From NCBI GenBank assembly GCA_031362565.1, contig JANLSU010000029.1:1-64000 (forward strand): 64,000 nucleotides of DNA. The letters run 5' to 3'. A program made the position numbers and the translations under genes. The notes under the pieces are model-generated. The model saw nothing but the letters and a program-made list of their open reading frames with translations. It made no database searches and was not told where the DNA came from. How positions within the stretch are numbered: position 1 is the stretch's first letter; each line of letters starts with the position of its first letter. Source of the stretch: a bacterium. GTDB lineage: Bacteria; Krumholzibacteriota; Krumholzibacteriia; G020349025. This document shows, piece by piece, positions 37,540-49,600 of the stretch.

Positions 37540-38682
37540 ATGGCAGAGAAGCACCTGTTCACGTCCGAGTCGGTGACCGAAGGACACCCGGACAAGATCG
37601 CGGATCAGATTTCGGACGCGATCCTCGACGCCATGTTGACCGATGACGAGACCAGCCGGGTCGCCTGCGAGGTCATGGTGACGACCGGCGTGGCCTTTGT
37701 GGCCGGCGAAATCACCACGAATACCTACGTGCCGATTCCGAAGCTGGTGCGCGAAGTGATCCGCGGCATCGGTTACACGCACTCGGATTATGGCTTCGAC
37801 TGCGACACCTGCGCCGTCGTCGTCGCGATCGATTCGCAGTCGAAGGACATCAAGGAAGCCGTCGATCGCGACGGTGCGGGCGACCAGGGGCTGATGTTCG
37901 GTTTCGCGTGCCGCGAGACACGCCAGCTCATGCCGATGCCGATTATGCTGGCGCACCGGCTCGTGCGGCGCATGTCGGAAGTCCGTAAGGACGGTTCCCT
38001 GGCTTACTTGCGGCCGGACGGCAAGTCGCAGGTGACGATCGAGTACGACGGGGTGCGCCCGGCGCGGGTGCAGACGGTCGTTCTGTCGGCCCAGCACGAT
38101 GAGCAGGTGACTCAGGAACGCATTCGCAAGGATCTCATCGAACACGTCGCCAAGCCGGTTCTCGCCGGCGAGGAGATCGACGCCTCGAACGTCATCTTCC
38201 ACATCAATCCGAGCGGCCGCTTCGTGACCGGCGGGCCGATGGGCGACTGCGGGTTGACGGGCCGCAAGATCATTGTCGACACCTACGGCGGCATGGGCCG
38301 CCACGGCGGCGGCGCCTTCAGCGGCAAGGACCCGTCCAAGGTCGACCGTTCGGCGAGTTATGCCGCGCGCCACATCGCCAAGAACGTCGTGGCGGCGGGA
38401 CTCGCGGATCGCGCCGAAGTCCAACTTGCGTATGCCATCGGTGTCGCCGAACCCGTCTCGGTGCGGGTCGATACCTTCGGCACCGGCAAGGTGGAGGAGG
38501 AGCGCATCGTGCGCGCCGTGCGCGATACGTTTCCGCTCACGCCACGTGGCATCATTCAGGCGCTCGGGCTGCTCAATCCCATGTATCAGAAGACCGCGGC
38601 GTACGGGCATTTCGGACGCGAGGAAGAGGGCTTCTCGTGGGAGAAGCTCGACCGGGTGGAGCAACTGAAGCGCAGTGTCTGA
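37540..38682 (+). CDS. metK: S-adenosylmethionine synthetase
   Basis: [58 protein letters not shown]. Confidence 0.98.
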   Translation: MAEKHLFTSESVTEGHPDKIADQISDAILDAMLTDDETSRVACEVMVTTGVAFVAGEITTNTYVPIPKLVREVIRGIGYTHSDYGFDCDTCAVVVAIDSQSKDIKEAVDRDGAGDQGLMFGFACRETRQLMPMPIMLAHRLVRRMSEVRKDGSLAYLRPDGKSQVTIEYDGVRPARVQTVVLSAQHDEQVTQERIRKDLIEHVAKPVLAGEEIDASNVIFHINPSGRFVTGGPMGDCGLTGRKIIVDTYGGMGRHGGGAFSGKDPSKVDRSASYAARHIAKNVVAAGLADRAEVQLAYAIGVAEPVSVRVDTFGTGKVEEERIVRAVRDTFPLTPRGIIQALGLLNPMYQKTAAYGHFGREEEGFSWEKLDRVEQLKRSV

Positions 38683-39295
38683 AGCGCACCCGAGCCAGAC
38701 CGACGAGTCCGAACTGGCGGCGCTTTTGGCGCGGCGTGAGATTCGGCGCGGCGGCGATCTCGACCCGCGCCGTGCCGATGCGGACGCACGCCCGCTGGTG
38801 GCGGCGTCGGTCCTGGTGCTCCTGGAACGCGGTCCCGCCTGGCGCGTGGTCCTGACCAAGCGCACGACGAACGTCGACCTGCACAAAGGTGAAGTCTCGT
38901 TCGCGGGTGGCATGCGCGATCCCGGTGATACCGATTCGCGCGCCACCGCGCTGCGGGAGGCCCACGAGGAAATCGGGCTCGATCCGGCGCATGTCACCGT
39001 GCTGGGGGAAATCGACGAACTCGTCACGGTGACGGGTTTCGTCGTGACGCCGGTCGTCGCGACCGTCGACCCGGATCGGCCGTTCCGTCCCAACCCCGGG
39101 GAAGTCGAACGCGTGTTGCGCGTCCCGCTCGAACACCTGCGCGACCCGACTTCATGGTTCGAAGACGTGCGAACGTGGCACGATCATACGTATGTGCTGC
39201 GCTCGTGCCGTTTCGGCGACGACATCATTTGGGGCGCGACGTCGCGCATGCTGCAGAATTTCCTGGAGATCGTGCCCCCGCACCTGCTGCGTTGA
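38675..39295 (+). CDS. Nudix hydrolase, CoA pyrophosphatase-like
   Basis: LTKR...[21 protein letters not shown]udix box, NPGEV, IWGAT. Confidence 0.92.
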   Translation: MSEAHPSQTDESELAALLARREIRRGGDLDPRRADADARPLVAASVLVLLERGPAWRVVLTKRTTNVDLHKGEVSFAGGMRDPGDTDSRATALREAHEEIGLDPAHVTVLGEIDELVTVTGFVVTPVVATVDPDRPFRPNPGEVERVLRVPLEHLRDPTSWFEDVRTWHDHTYVLRSCRFGDDIIWGATSRMLQNFLEIVPPHLLR

Positions 39296-39332
39296 CGTTG
39301 CGCCAAGGCAGCCCCGCCTTGGTTGGCGCCGT

Positions 39333-40793
39333 TCACCGGGCACCCCGCGGAACTTCGACCAACGTCCAGTCGCCGAGTTTGAGATGCGGTTGGTAGGCGA
39401 TCTTGGCGTTCCGCAGGTCGTCGAGCCGGGTGCGTTCGACCAAGAACACGGGGCGGGGAAACTCTCGTGCCTGGCGCAGAACCACCGGCAGCGAATCATT
39501 GGGCAGAGCGGCGCGCTCGGCATAGAACAACAACGGGTTGTACAGCCGCCAAGAACCGGCGCCCAGGATCGGGATGCGCCGTCCTTCCGGCACGAGCGAC
39601 TGCACCTCGGCGGCAGCGCTCACAAAGACCGCATTCTCGTTGCGGGTCATCAGGGCGGGGCGAATCCAGTAGATCGCGGCACCTGCGACGCAGGCGGCGG
39701 GTACCACCCAGCGCGCGAACCACAGCATGCCACGCCGATGGACTCCCAGGAGCACGCGTGCGGCGAGCAGCGAGAGCGGCGCCAGAATGGGAAAGATGTA
39801 GCGCGCCGATCGCGCGCTCGAGACGCTGCAGCAGACCACGCTCACAAGGACCCAAACCGCCAAGAGAAGATCCTCGCACGGCCGGCGGGCGCGCCACCGG
39901 CGGAGCGCCAACCCGGCGCCGATCAACCCGGGCAGAACCACCGGCTCGAATTCCACGAGCAGGATCCGCGGGTAGTCGAACAACAGGCCCGCAAGGCTCC
40001 ACGCCTGCGTCGAACGCGTTGCCACTTCGCCGCCGTAGTGCGCCCGCAGGCCGTTCAGTCCGTCGAACCGGAAGAGCGCCCAGGGCCAAATGGCCCCCAG
40101 GACGAGTCCGGCGGCCGTACCGAGCAGAGCGTATCGGGCGGCGGGACGCTTGCCGCGCTGCAGGACTGCGTGATGCACCCCCACGACCAACACCGGCAAG
40201 AGTCCCAGCACACTCTTGGTGAGGAGCGTACCCGCGAGCGGCAGGCCCAATGCCAGGGCCCATCGCGGCCGTTGGCGAGACTCGACATACAACAGGATGA
40301 ACAGCGTCACCCAAAAGGCGTTGGGAATCTCGAGCATGCAACGCCGCGCGTTCTGGAAAAAGAGCGGCGTCACCAACAGCAAGGCGCTGCCCACCACCGC
40401 GGTGTCGCGGTCCAGCAAGCGCTTGCCGATTCGAAACGTCATGCAGAAAATCCCGCACGCCATCAACGCACTCGGAATTCGGGCTGCCAGATTGCCTTCA
40501 CCCACAAGATGATTCGCAGCCGCGAGCATCCAGAACGGGAGCGGCGGGTTCTGGAGGCTGGGCGTCTGGTCCCACGCCGGGATCAGGCCAAGGCCGTGCC
40601 GCGCCATCTCGACGCCCTTGCGCGCGTAGAAGCAATCGTCGAGCGCGAGGAGGGTGAGCTTGCCGGCGTTGGCGGTGAAAAAACACAGCGCAGCGAGGCC
40701 GACGCACCACACCCAGCGGCGCGCGTTCGCGTCGTGCAGCGGCTGCTGCGGATCCAGTCCGGCGGTTTTTGGCGCTGAGAATCGCACCGGCAC
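39333..40793 (-). CDS. ArnT/PMT family (GT39-like) membrane glycosyltransferase
   Basis: DDCFYA, QNPPLPFW, ARIPSA, LLTKS, RYIFP, many TM helices. Co-oriented directly after lptG. Confidence 0.88.
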   Translation of the reverse strand: MPVRFSAPKTAGLDPQQPLHDANARRWVWCVGLAALCFFTANAGKLTLLALDDCFYARKGVEMARHGLGLIPAWDQTPSLQNPPLPFWMLAAANHLVGEGNLAARIPSALMACGIFCMTFRIGKRLLDRDTAVVGSALLLVTPLFFQNARRCMLEIPNAFWVTLFILLYVESRQRPRWALALGLPLAGTLLTKSVLGLLPVLVVGVHHAVLQRGKRPAARYALLGTAAGLVLGAIWPWALFRFDGLNGLRAHYGGEVATRSTQAWSLAGLLFDYPRILLVEFEPVVLPGLIGAGLALRRWRARRPCEDLLLAVWVLVSVVCCSVSSARSARYIFPILAPLSLLAARVLLGVHRRGMLWFARWVVPAACVAGAAIYWIRPALMTRNENAVFVSAAAEVQSLVPEGRRIPILGAGSWRLYNPLLFYAERAALPNDSLPVVLRQAREFPRPVFLVERTRLDDLRNAKIAYQPHLKLGDWTLVEVPRGAR

Positions 40794-40802
40794 AACATAG
40801 GA

Positions 40803-41936
40803 TCAGCGGTTGACACGCGTCAACAGGGCCATCGCCACCGCACCGTAGATCAAGTTGCCGATCCAAGCGGCCACGAGCGGCGACAACCGTTCATTCTTGC
40901 CGAGCGCGGCACCGATCTGCTCGATCGCCAGGTAAGAAAAGCAGATCACGAGCGTCAAACCGAACCCCGACGCCATGCTGGCCTTCTTCTTCTGCGCCGA
41001 AAGTCCGATGCCGAGGAGTGCCAGCACCAGGCTCGTCCACGGGTACGAGAGCTTGGTGTACATGCTGACGACGAAGTCGTTGGGGTTGCCGCCGCTCTCG
41101 CGCACCATCTGGATCTGATGGTGCAGCCGTTCGTAGTTCATGGCGTTGGGATCGGGTTCGACACGCGCCAAGGCCTCGGGCGTTTCCTCGAGGTCGGGAA
41201 CGCGGGTCACATAGAACGGCTCCGTCTTGTCGCCCGGGCGGGGCAAGAGCGAGGTCCGGACCGAATCCGCCGCCGGGCCACGCTCGACCTGGAACGTGCG
41301 CCGGAAACCGTCGTGGAACTCCCAGTGATCACGCACCCAGTCGGCGGTTGCGGCGTCCAGCCGCTGGATGATCCGGCCGTCGCGCGTTTGGTGCAGCACG
41401 ACGCCGTTCATATGCTGGCTGCGGGTGTCGAGCAGTCGCACATAGTAGAAATAGCCGTTGGCACCCCGATACTTGAAGTCGGTCCGGATGGGGTCGTCGA
41501 TCGGCGGCCGCTTTTCGATCTCGACGCGCTTGATCCGGCTGACGCGCGCATTGCAGTCGGGAACCACCTTTTCGGCGAGCAGCGCCGAAAAACCGACGCA
41601 GAGCAGTGCCACGAGGATCACCGGCCGGGTAATGCGCAGCATACTGACCCCGCTCGCCAGCAACGCGATCGTCTCGTTGTTCCGGCCCATCGCGCCGAAG
41701 GTGAAAAGCGTCGCGAGGACGACGTCGACCGGCAGGGTCAGGCGGACGATTTCGGGCAGCCCGAAAAAGTAATAGCGCAGAACGGTGAACACCGGCGAAC
41801 GGTGGTCGATGAAGTCGTCGATGCGCTCGAAGAAATCGGCGAGCACGAAGAGGATGGCGAACGCAACGACGCAAATGCAGAACACTCGCAGCCACATCCG
41901 GAGCACGAGCTGGTCATGCAGGCGGAAGAGCGTCAT
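40803..41936 (-). CDS. lptG: LPS export permease LptG-like
   Basis: LptF/G architecture: NNETIALLASGVS, periplasmic jellyroll, KLSYP, LSPLVAAW. ATGA overlap with lptF. Confidence 0.9.
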   Translation of the reverse strand: MTLFRLHDQLVLRMWLRVFCICVVAFAILFVLADFFERIDDFIDHRSPVFTVLRYYFFGLPEIVRLTLPVDVVLATLFTFGAMGRNNETIALLASGVSMLRITRPVILVALLCVGFSALLAEKVVPDCNARVSRIKRVEIEKRPPIDDPIRTDFKYRGANGYFYYVRLLDTRSQHMNGVVLHQTRDGRIIQRLDAATADWVRDHWEFHDGFRRTFQVERGPAADSVRTSLLPRPGDKTEPFYVTRVPDLEETPEALARVEPDPNAMNYERLHHQIQMVRESGGNPNDFVVSMYTKLSYPWTSLVLALLGIGLSAQKKKASMASGFGLTLVICFSYLAIEQIGAALGKNERLSPLVAAWIGNLIYGAVAMALLTRVNR

Positions 41937-43342
41937 GCGGACGAGCCTCGGACGAACGTGCGGCGGTTGCGCCGCCGCCGGAACCACCCCGGCCAGTGGC
42001 GCGGGTGCAGCCGTTCCCAGGCGATCGGCGTACTCTCGATGGAGGCGCGCCAGGCCAGCACGAGTCCCAGCACCGTAAACACGATATTAGCCGCCCACAT
42101 GGCCAGGAACGGCGACAAGAGGCCGCGGTCGGCCAGCTTTTCCCCGCCGATGAGGAACAAATAGTAGACGAAGAAACACAGGATGCTGAACGTGATCGCG
42201 GTCGTCATGCCGCCCTTCCCGGAGCGGATTGCCAGCGGGCCGCCCAGTAGGACGAACACCAGGCAGGCGACCGGAATCGCGTATTTTTTCTGGATCTCCA
42301 CTTCGAGAGATTCGATCTCGTGTTCGTACGATTGCAATGAAGTGGCCTGGATGTGCACGTCGTCGCGGACGCGCTCTTCGGCGCCGATCGTCAGTTGCCC
42401 GGCGGGCAATGGCCGCGTCTTGGCGAAGTGCACGCCGCGTTTCTCGGGATCGAGGAGGTCCAGTTTCTTCTGCACGAGCGTGTGCGCGGGCCGGGCGAAC
42501 TGTTGCATGACCTGCGCCCTCTGAACGCGCTTCTCGGCGATCTCGGCCCGCATCATCGTGATGCTCATTTCGCGGTCGCTGCGGTATTCGCGTTCGGTGC
42601 GCATCAACTGCGAGCCGACATCGCGGATGAGGACCGTATGCTCGGTAAAGCGGGTAACTCGATAGACTTGATCCTTGCGCGCCTCGGCCTCCGGGAGCTG
42701 GTGCATCTCGCCGTCGTACAGGTCGACTTGCAGCGTGTTGCCGGCGTCGACCGGGATGATCCGGCCACGGGGTGCGACGATCAGATCGGGCGAGCGGTTC
42801 TGGTGCAACACGTACACCTCCACGTCGCGCACGTCGCCGGTTCGTTCGTCCTTGCCGCCGATGATGAGCTGATAGCCCTTGAGTTGGTCGACGAAGCGCC
42901 CCGGTTCGATATCGACGGTGGGGCGCTTGCGGGCGATGTCGGCGGTAAGGCCCGCGAGCCGGTGGTTGGACTCCGGCAAGATGCGGTCGTTGTAGACGAT
43001 CATGCCGGCGCAACAGAGCGCCGCCACGATGAGCGCCGGGAGCAGGATGCGATACAGGTGGACGCCGGCGGCCTTGAGCGCGGTGACTTCGTTGTCGGCG
43101 GCCATTTGGCCGAACGCCATCAAGGTCGCAACCAGCACGGCCATTGGTATGGACAGTGCTAGTGTATGGCCGAGGCTCAACGCGAGGACCTCGGTGATCG
43201 TGAGTGGCGACACTCCCTTGGCCAGGAACTCGTCGAGAAAATCCTTGAAGACCTCGAGGAACAGCACCCCGGTAATCACGAAGAAGCCGAACATGAACGG
43301 CCCGGCGTGGTTGCGGAGGATGTAACGGTCGAGGAGCTTCAT
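41933..43342 (-). CDS. lptF: LPS export permease LptF-like
   Basis: LLDRYILR...PF, DNEVTALKAAG, EIQKKYAIP, LAMWAAN. Confidence 0.9.
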   Translation of the reverse strand: MKLLDRYILRNHAGPFMFGFFVITGVLFLEVFKDFLDEFLAKGVSPLTITEVLALSLGHTLALSIPMAVLVATLMAFGQMAADNEVTALKAAGVHLYRILLPALIVAALCCAGMIVYNDRILPESNHRLAGLTADIARKRPTVDIEPGRFVDQLKGYQLIIGGKDERTGDVRDVEVYVLHQNRSPDLIVAPRGRIIPVDAGNTLQVDLYDGEMHQLPEAEARKDQVYRVTRFTEHTVLIRDVGSQLMRTEREYRSDREMSITMMRAEIAEKRVQRAQVMQQFARPAHTLVQKKLDLLDPEKRGVHFAKTRPLPAGQLTIGAEERVRDDVHIQATSLQSYEHEIESLEVEIQKKYAIPVACLVFVLLGGPLAIRSGKGGMTTAITFSILCFFVYYLFLIGGEKLADRGLLSPFLAMWAANIVFTVLGLVLAWRASIESTPIAWERLHPRHWPGWFRRRRNRRTFVRGSSA

Positions 43343-43393
43343 CGCGCTAATGCCTTGGCAGTGCGGAACTTGAGGTGGACGGTGCAGGCGCGA

Positions 43394-43422
43394 ACGCTAA
43401 CACGGCGACCCCGCCGTCTCAA
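43394..43422 (-). promoter_or_regulatory. sigma70-type promoter for lptFG
   Basis: Minus strand TTGAGA-N17-TAGCGT with an extended -10 TG. Confidence 0.5.
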
Positions 43423-43648
43423 GGGTTTTCCGAGCCGTTTCGGCGCTCGCCGAACGCCAGACACACCCTGAGTTCGTTGCGCCCCGTTGGTCGCGACGGC
43501 CGGCAGGCCGTGGGAGAGGTGCGCTTTCGTCCGACCTCTTTTGTGGATTCTCTGTCCAGCTTCGTGGACATTCCCCTGAGTTCGAAACGTTCGATCGCCA
43601 TGCGCGCCGCGTCCGCACCCGGCGTGTGTGGAACGAGGTGAGCGGATC

Positions 43649-46600
43649 ATGCGCCCCAGCCCCGCAAGAGCGACGCAGCGTGCCGGCCGCGTCGGCCGCG
43701 CCGGGCGTTGGTTGGGCCGGATCCTTGGTCTCGTCGCCTTTACGTCGCTGACGCTCGGTGCAGCCGTCGCACCGGCGCCCATCCGGATCGGCCTGCGCGC
43801 CACTTTCGAGCAGATGCTCGACCGCCAAAAGGCGCGGGCCGAAGGCCGCGCCGTGACGTTTGGGTTGAACCCCAACACGCCGAGCCCGTTCCGGCTCACC
43901 GACGAACCGCAGCGCGTCCCCACGACGGTCTACAGCCCATGGCTCGATACCGTGTTCGAAATTTCGGGACCCGGCTGGGTGCCGCGCGAACCGGAGTACT
44001 ACGTCGTCGACGGCGCCTACCTGACGTACGACCCGCCCAATTTTCAGGATCCGTCGGTACGGGTGCGCGCCTTCGGGCGCGCTACCGCCGAGCGCACTCA
44101 GCTCGATGCCGCTGAACACGCCCTCTATACGTCGCGCCAGGCGGCGGCATTTGCCGGCGAGCACAAGGGCCTCTTCAATGCGGGCTCCGGAGTCAGTGTC
44201 ACGGTGCCGATTCGGATGCCGGGCGTGTTGTCGGAGTTCTTCGGCCGCGGCGCCACCAACATCAAGGTGACGGGGCGCGAGAACATCTCCTTCGCCGGCG
44301 AGTCGCGCACCGTGAGTCCCTTCCTGGCCGGTGAACAGGGCCGCGGCCAAAGCATCTTTCCGCGCCTCGACATGAAGCAGGAGCTGCAGGTCAAACTGGA
44401 CGGCACCATCGGCGACAAGGTGCACGTTCAGGTGGATCACAACAGCGCCGGATTTGGTGCCGACGCCAACCGCATCAACATCTACTACGAGGGCTACGAC
44501 GACGACATTCTGCGCCGCATCGATCTTGGTGGCACGAACCTATCGCTGCCCGGGTCCAATCTGGTGTCGTTCTCCGGCGGGCATCAGGGCCTGTTCGGCA
44601 TCAAAACGACGATGCGTCTCGGCGGGCTCGACTTGACGATGATCGCCAGCAAGGAAGAGGCGGACGTCGAGACGCGTACCGTGACGCCGTGGGGCGGCGC
44701 CGCCCGTCCGGTGCAGATCGAGGAGCGCAGTTTCCTGCGCGATCAGTTCTTCTTCTATTCGCGGCCGGATACGACCGGCGAGACGTTCGAAGGCACCTAC
44801 GGCATCGACCCCGACAGCCTGTTCCTCGACTCGACGGCGCCCAATATCCGCGTCTTCGTCGACACCCAGGATCCAACGACGCAGCCGCAGCGCAACTACC
44901 GAGGATTCGCCGTCGCCGACCTCGCGACGTCGAATGAAACGCAAATGGTCGACGCCTACAACAACGCCAACAGCAACTCCCGTTTCCCGGTCCCCGGCGC
45001 CGCCGGCACCGTCCCGGGCGACAACGGCTATTGGAAGGAAATCGATCATGACGACCTGGGATTCGTGGTGCTGACACTCGGCAACACCAGGAAGATCCTG
45101 GGCTTCTATTTTCGCACCGGCCGGGTCCGTGACCGCGACGCGGTCGGTGTCGTGGTCACCGGTCCGAACGCGAGATGGGGCTCGGTCACCGACGATCCCC
45201 AGACCCGGGTGCGCTTGCGCCTCCTCCGCCATCCGGAACAGGACGCTAGTTTCTCGACCTACCCGAGCGCCGCCTACATGATGCGCCATGTCTACTATCT
45301 GGGTTCGGCGGGCATCACCAACCTCGACCTTCGGGTCGTGAGCAACAATCCGGCGCGACAGCCGCCGGACGTGCCGATCCTGTTGCAGAACTCGACCTAT
45401 CTGCACATGTTCGGGCTCGACGAGTTTGGCGACCAGAACAGCGTCGGTCCCGACGGCAAGTTCGATCTGACGGACATCAACCGTCTCGACCGCGACAGCG
45501 GCTTTCTCTTCATGCCCGGCATTCGCCCGTTCAGTCCGCCGGAAAGCGTCTTGCGGCGGCGCGTCGGAACCATTCCGCAGATCGGCAACCGGGCCAACGC
45601 GCCCATCGATTCTCTTTTCTCTCAGGAAGAACGGATTTCGCCGACGCTCTACACTCTCAAGGACGACGATCGCAACCTGCCGCGCCTCAATTACCACTTC
45701 GACGTGGTCATCACCGGTACCGAGACCGAAATTACCCTTCCCCAGGACATCATCGAAGGTTCCGAAGTGGTGAAGCTCGACGGCCGCACCCTGACACGCG
45801 GCATCGACTACGACATCGAGAACTTCGCGGGCGGCAAGATCACGCTCAAAGGCGATGCGCTCGCTTCCGTGAGCCCGACGTCCCGTATCGAAGTCGCGTA
45901 CCAATTCCGGCCGCTGTTCGGCGGCGGCAAATCGACGCTGCTCGGCGTGTCGGGTGAATACCAGCTCGGGAATCGCGGCAAACTGGCGTCGGTGCTCCTG
46001 TACGAGTCGACGGGTGGATTCACGCGCCGCCCGAAGCTGGGCGAGGAACCGACGCGCGCCGTCGTCGGCGACCTGAACGGCACCATGCGCTTCCAACCGA
46101 ACTGGCTGACCAAGCTCGTGAATGCGCTGCCGTTCACCAACGCGACGGCCGCGAGCGCCCTCAACGTGGCGGCCGAAATCGCTACCAGCGTGCCGAATCC
46201 GAACACCCGCAAAGAGGCCTTCGTGGACGATTTGGAAGGCGCCGACGATTCGGACGACCAGAATCTGTCACGGACCAATTGGTCCTGGGCGTCGATCCCG
46301 ATCGACGACCGGACCGGCACCAAAACGCGCGCCGACACCCTCTTGCGCCTGCCGGTGGCGTTCTACAACCCGCCGACCCGGGTGAAACGCTCGCATCTCA
46401 TTCCGAACCTCAACGAGCGCGAGGGCAACGACGGTTTGACCGTTCTCGAAGTCGGGTTCGATCGCGCCAAACTGGCGGCCCTCCAAGACAGCCTGCCGAT
46501 CGCCAAACGGGATTCTCTATGGTCCGGGATCATGCACTCCTTTGGCGCGACACCCATCGACATGACACGCACCAAGAGCATCGAGCTGTGGCTGAATGAC

Positions 46601-49600
46601 GGCGAGCGAGCCGCGGCGGGGCGCACGGGGCGAATGCACATCGACTTCGGCAAGCTGAGCGAGGACTTCGTTTTCTTTCCGGAGACCCAGTTCGCGAATG
46701 CCCCGAGCCACTTCAACCGCGAAGCCGAGGCCGGTCATTTCACTGTCTCGGAGAACGATTTCGGATGGGACCATCAGGACCGCGGCTGCAGCGGCCTCAA
46801 GGATTCGGAAGCCGAGGACCTGCCGTTCGGCAGCGAGTGCTACCGGCCTTCCGTCTTGAACCGGGTGACCCAGCAATTCTTTCTGGCCAACGGCAGCGAA
46901 GGCAACCAGACGTACGACACCGAGGATCTCAACAACAACGGCCAGTTCGACGATACCAGTTCATATTTCAGTCTCAGCCTCGATTTGAGCGACCCGACGT
47001 TCGTGGTCGCCGACGGCCCGGTCATCACCGGCCATCCGGAGATTGCGTGGCGCAAGTACCGGCTCGATCTCGACCGGGTGGTCCCGCAAGTGTTTCGGGA
47101 CGTTGCCGAGACCGATCCCAATTTGCGGCGCATTTCGTACATTCGCATCTGGTTCGAGGATACGCCGGGGACGCCGGCCGCCCAGTCGGTCTTCAACCGC
47201 AATATCGAAATCTTCGGCCTGCGTCTCACCAAGAACCAATGGTTCGACCTGGGGTTCTTCGGAGTCGACAGCACGAAGGTCGTGCCGCAGACGGCCGAGT
47301 CGTTCACGATCGGCGTCATCAACAACAAGGATGACGCGAACTACGAGCTGCCGCCGGCGAGCATCGAGCTCGATGAGACGGGTGTGCAGTCGCGCCAACA
47401 GTCGTTGCGCATTGGGTACAATAACCTCGCGCCGGGGCACGAGGTCGTGGCCGAGCGAAGCCTCGGCGGCGGCGCCCAAGGCACCGACTTCACTCTCTAC
47501 AAGCGCCTGACGTATTTCGTGCACGCACCGCCGATTGCGCCCACGGACAGCGGTGCCACGGAGTTCTTCTTTCGCGTCGGCACCGACACGCTCAACTATT
47601 ACGAGGTCGCGACTCCGGGTGCCGTACACCCCGGCTGGCTGCATGTGAGCGTCGATCTCGAGCAACTCACCGGGCTCAAGTTCCCAGAGGACTATCCCGG
47701 CGCGCGCGACACGATTCTGGCGTTCGGCGCCCAACGCATCATCCAGGTGTCAGCGCTCACCAAAGAGAAGAAGTTCGGCAATGACGTGCGCGTGACAGTG
47801 CGTGGTTCCCCGAGCTTCCAGCGCGTACTCCGCTTGTTCGTGGGCGTGCGCAACCGCGGCACACCGAATTTGGTCGAGGGCGTGGTGCCGGGCGGGCCGC
47901 GCGCCACCGGCGAGTACTGGTTCGACAACGTGCGTCTCGAAGAGGTGGAGAAAACTCCCGGCTACGCCCAGAGCTACAGCCTGGGGTTGAAGATCTCCGA
48001 CTTGTTCGACATCTCCGGCGGGTACCGGAAGACCGACGGGGAATTCCGCCCCTTGCGGCAGCGCACCGGGTCGAACCGCGATGACCAAGGCTGGAACGCC
48101 CGGTTGAGCGTCGCGGATTTGTCGCGGCTCGTGCCGACGCTGGGATTCTCCATTCCGGTCGGCTACGGATACGAATGGAACCGGTCGCTGCCGAAGTTCT
48201 TCGAGCAAAGTGATACGCGCAATACACCGGAGCGCAAGCTCGACCAGCGCAACGAGAACGTTCGCAAGAGCTACAACTTCGGGGTCAGCAAGAAGCCGTC
48301 GCATTTCTGGCTCAGCAAGTTCACCCTCGACCGCCTGCAGTATTCGTTCGGCTCCGGCCGGACCGAGGCCCGGACATTCACGGCGCGCGACACGTCGACG
48401 ACGCGGACTCAGAATCTGGCCTACGACCTGCCGTTGCGCGAACGCCCCCTGGCTTTGTGGGGCAAAACCCGTCTCAACCTGGTGCCCACGAACCTGAAGT
48501 TCTCGCTCCAGTCGAACGCCGGCGACGCCGTCAGTTACCGGGTGCGGCGCGTTGCCGGCGTCGACAGTCTGGCACGCCAGGTGACGAGCCCGTCGCATTC
48601 GATCAATGTCAACGCGTCGACGGCATTCCACCCGGTGCCGGATTTCACCCTGCGCTATTCGTTTCAGGAACCGCGCGGTTTCCGTCTGGCCCATCCCGAC
48701 AACGAGCGGGAACGCATCAAATTCCTCGGCTACGACTTCGGCCTGCCGGTCGGCAGCCGTATCGAAGGCTACTCGGCCGAGTGGTCGCCGGGCGGCCTGA
48801 CGCTGGGCGGCAGCACGAACTTCGGCGACAGCCGCGTGCAGCAAGTCGATGCGTCGCCGCAGCACGTGGCATTGCCGGACCTGCACAACGCCAAGGTGGA
48901 CCGGTCGGCGCATGTCTCGTTCGTGTTCGGATTCCATCGTTGGGTCTTCGGGCACTTGCGCGCGTTGGCGCCCGTCAAGAAGCCGGCCGGACCACCGCAA
49001 ACGAACGGCTCCCCGCCGCCCATCGACGGGAACCGGCAGCCCGGCGGGGCCGACGGCAGCCGAACGCCGGCAGGTGGCGACAACAACCAAGAGGATCCGA
49101 CGACGCCTCTCGAGATCGACGCGCCGGATTCGTTGCGAACTTCGCAAGGATTCGCGCCGCCCGCACCTCGGAGTCCGGCCGACACTCTCGTGGGCAGGAC
49201 GCCGGCGTTGCCCATCGCCGGCGCCCAACCGGTGCCGGGCGGTATCGCCGCCAAGGACAGCACGCACACTCGCACCCGTCCGAAGGCACCCTCGCCCGTC
49301 GATCTCATGCGTGGGATCTTGAACGTCATGGCGGGGATCGAGCCCGTGAAGGTGGACTATCAAGTCGGGCAAGGGGTCGGATACGTGGGCTTGCCCGATG
49401 CACCAACCGGCGCGTTCCGTTACTTGCTCGCCAAACGTAGCGGCTTGCTGGGCACGGCGCGGTTCGAGACGCCGCCCGCCGAGAGCAACAACAACAACCT
49501 GGATCTGTCGACCGCGATTCCGCTGCGCGGCGCTCTGCGGATGGCGGCGCGCTACAAGCGCCGCGCCAGCGTCGGGCAATCACGCACCTTTGCCGTGCCC

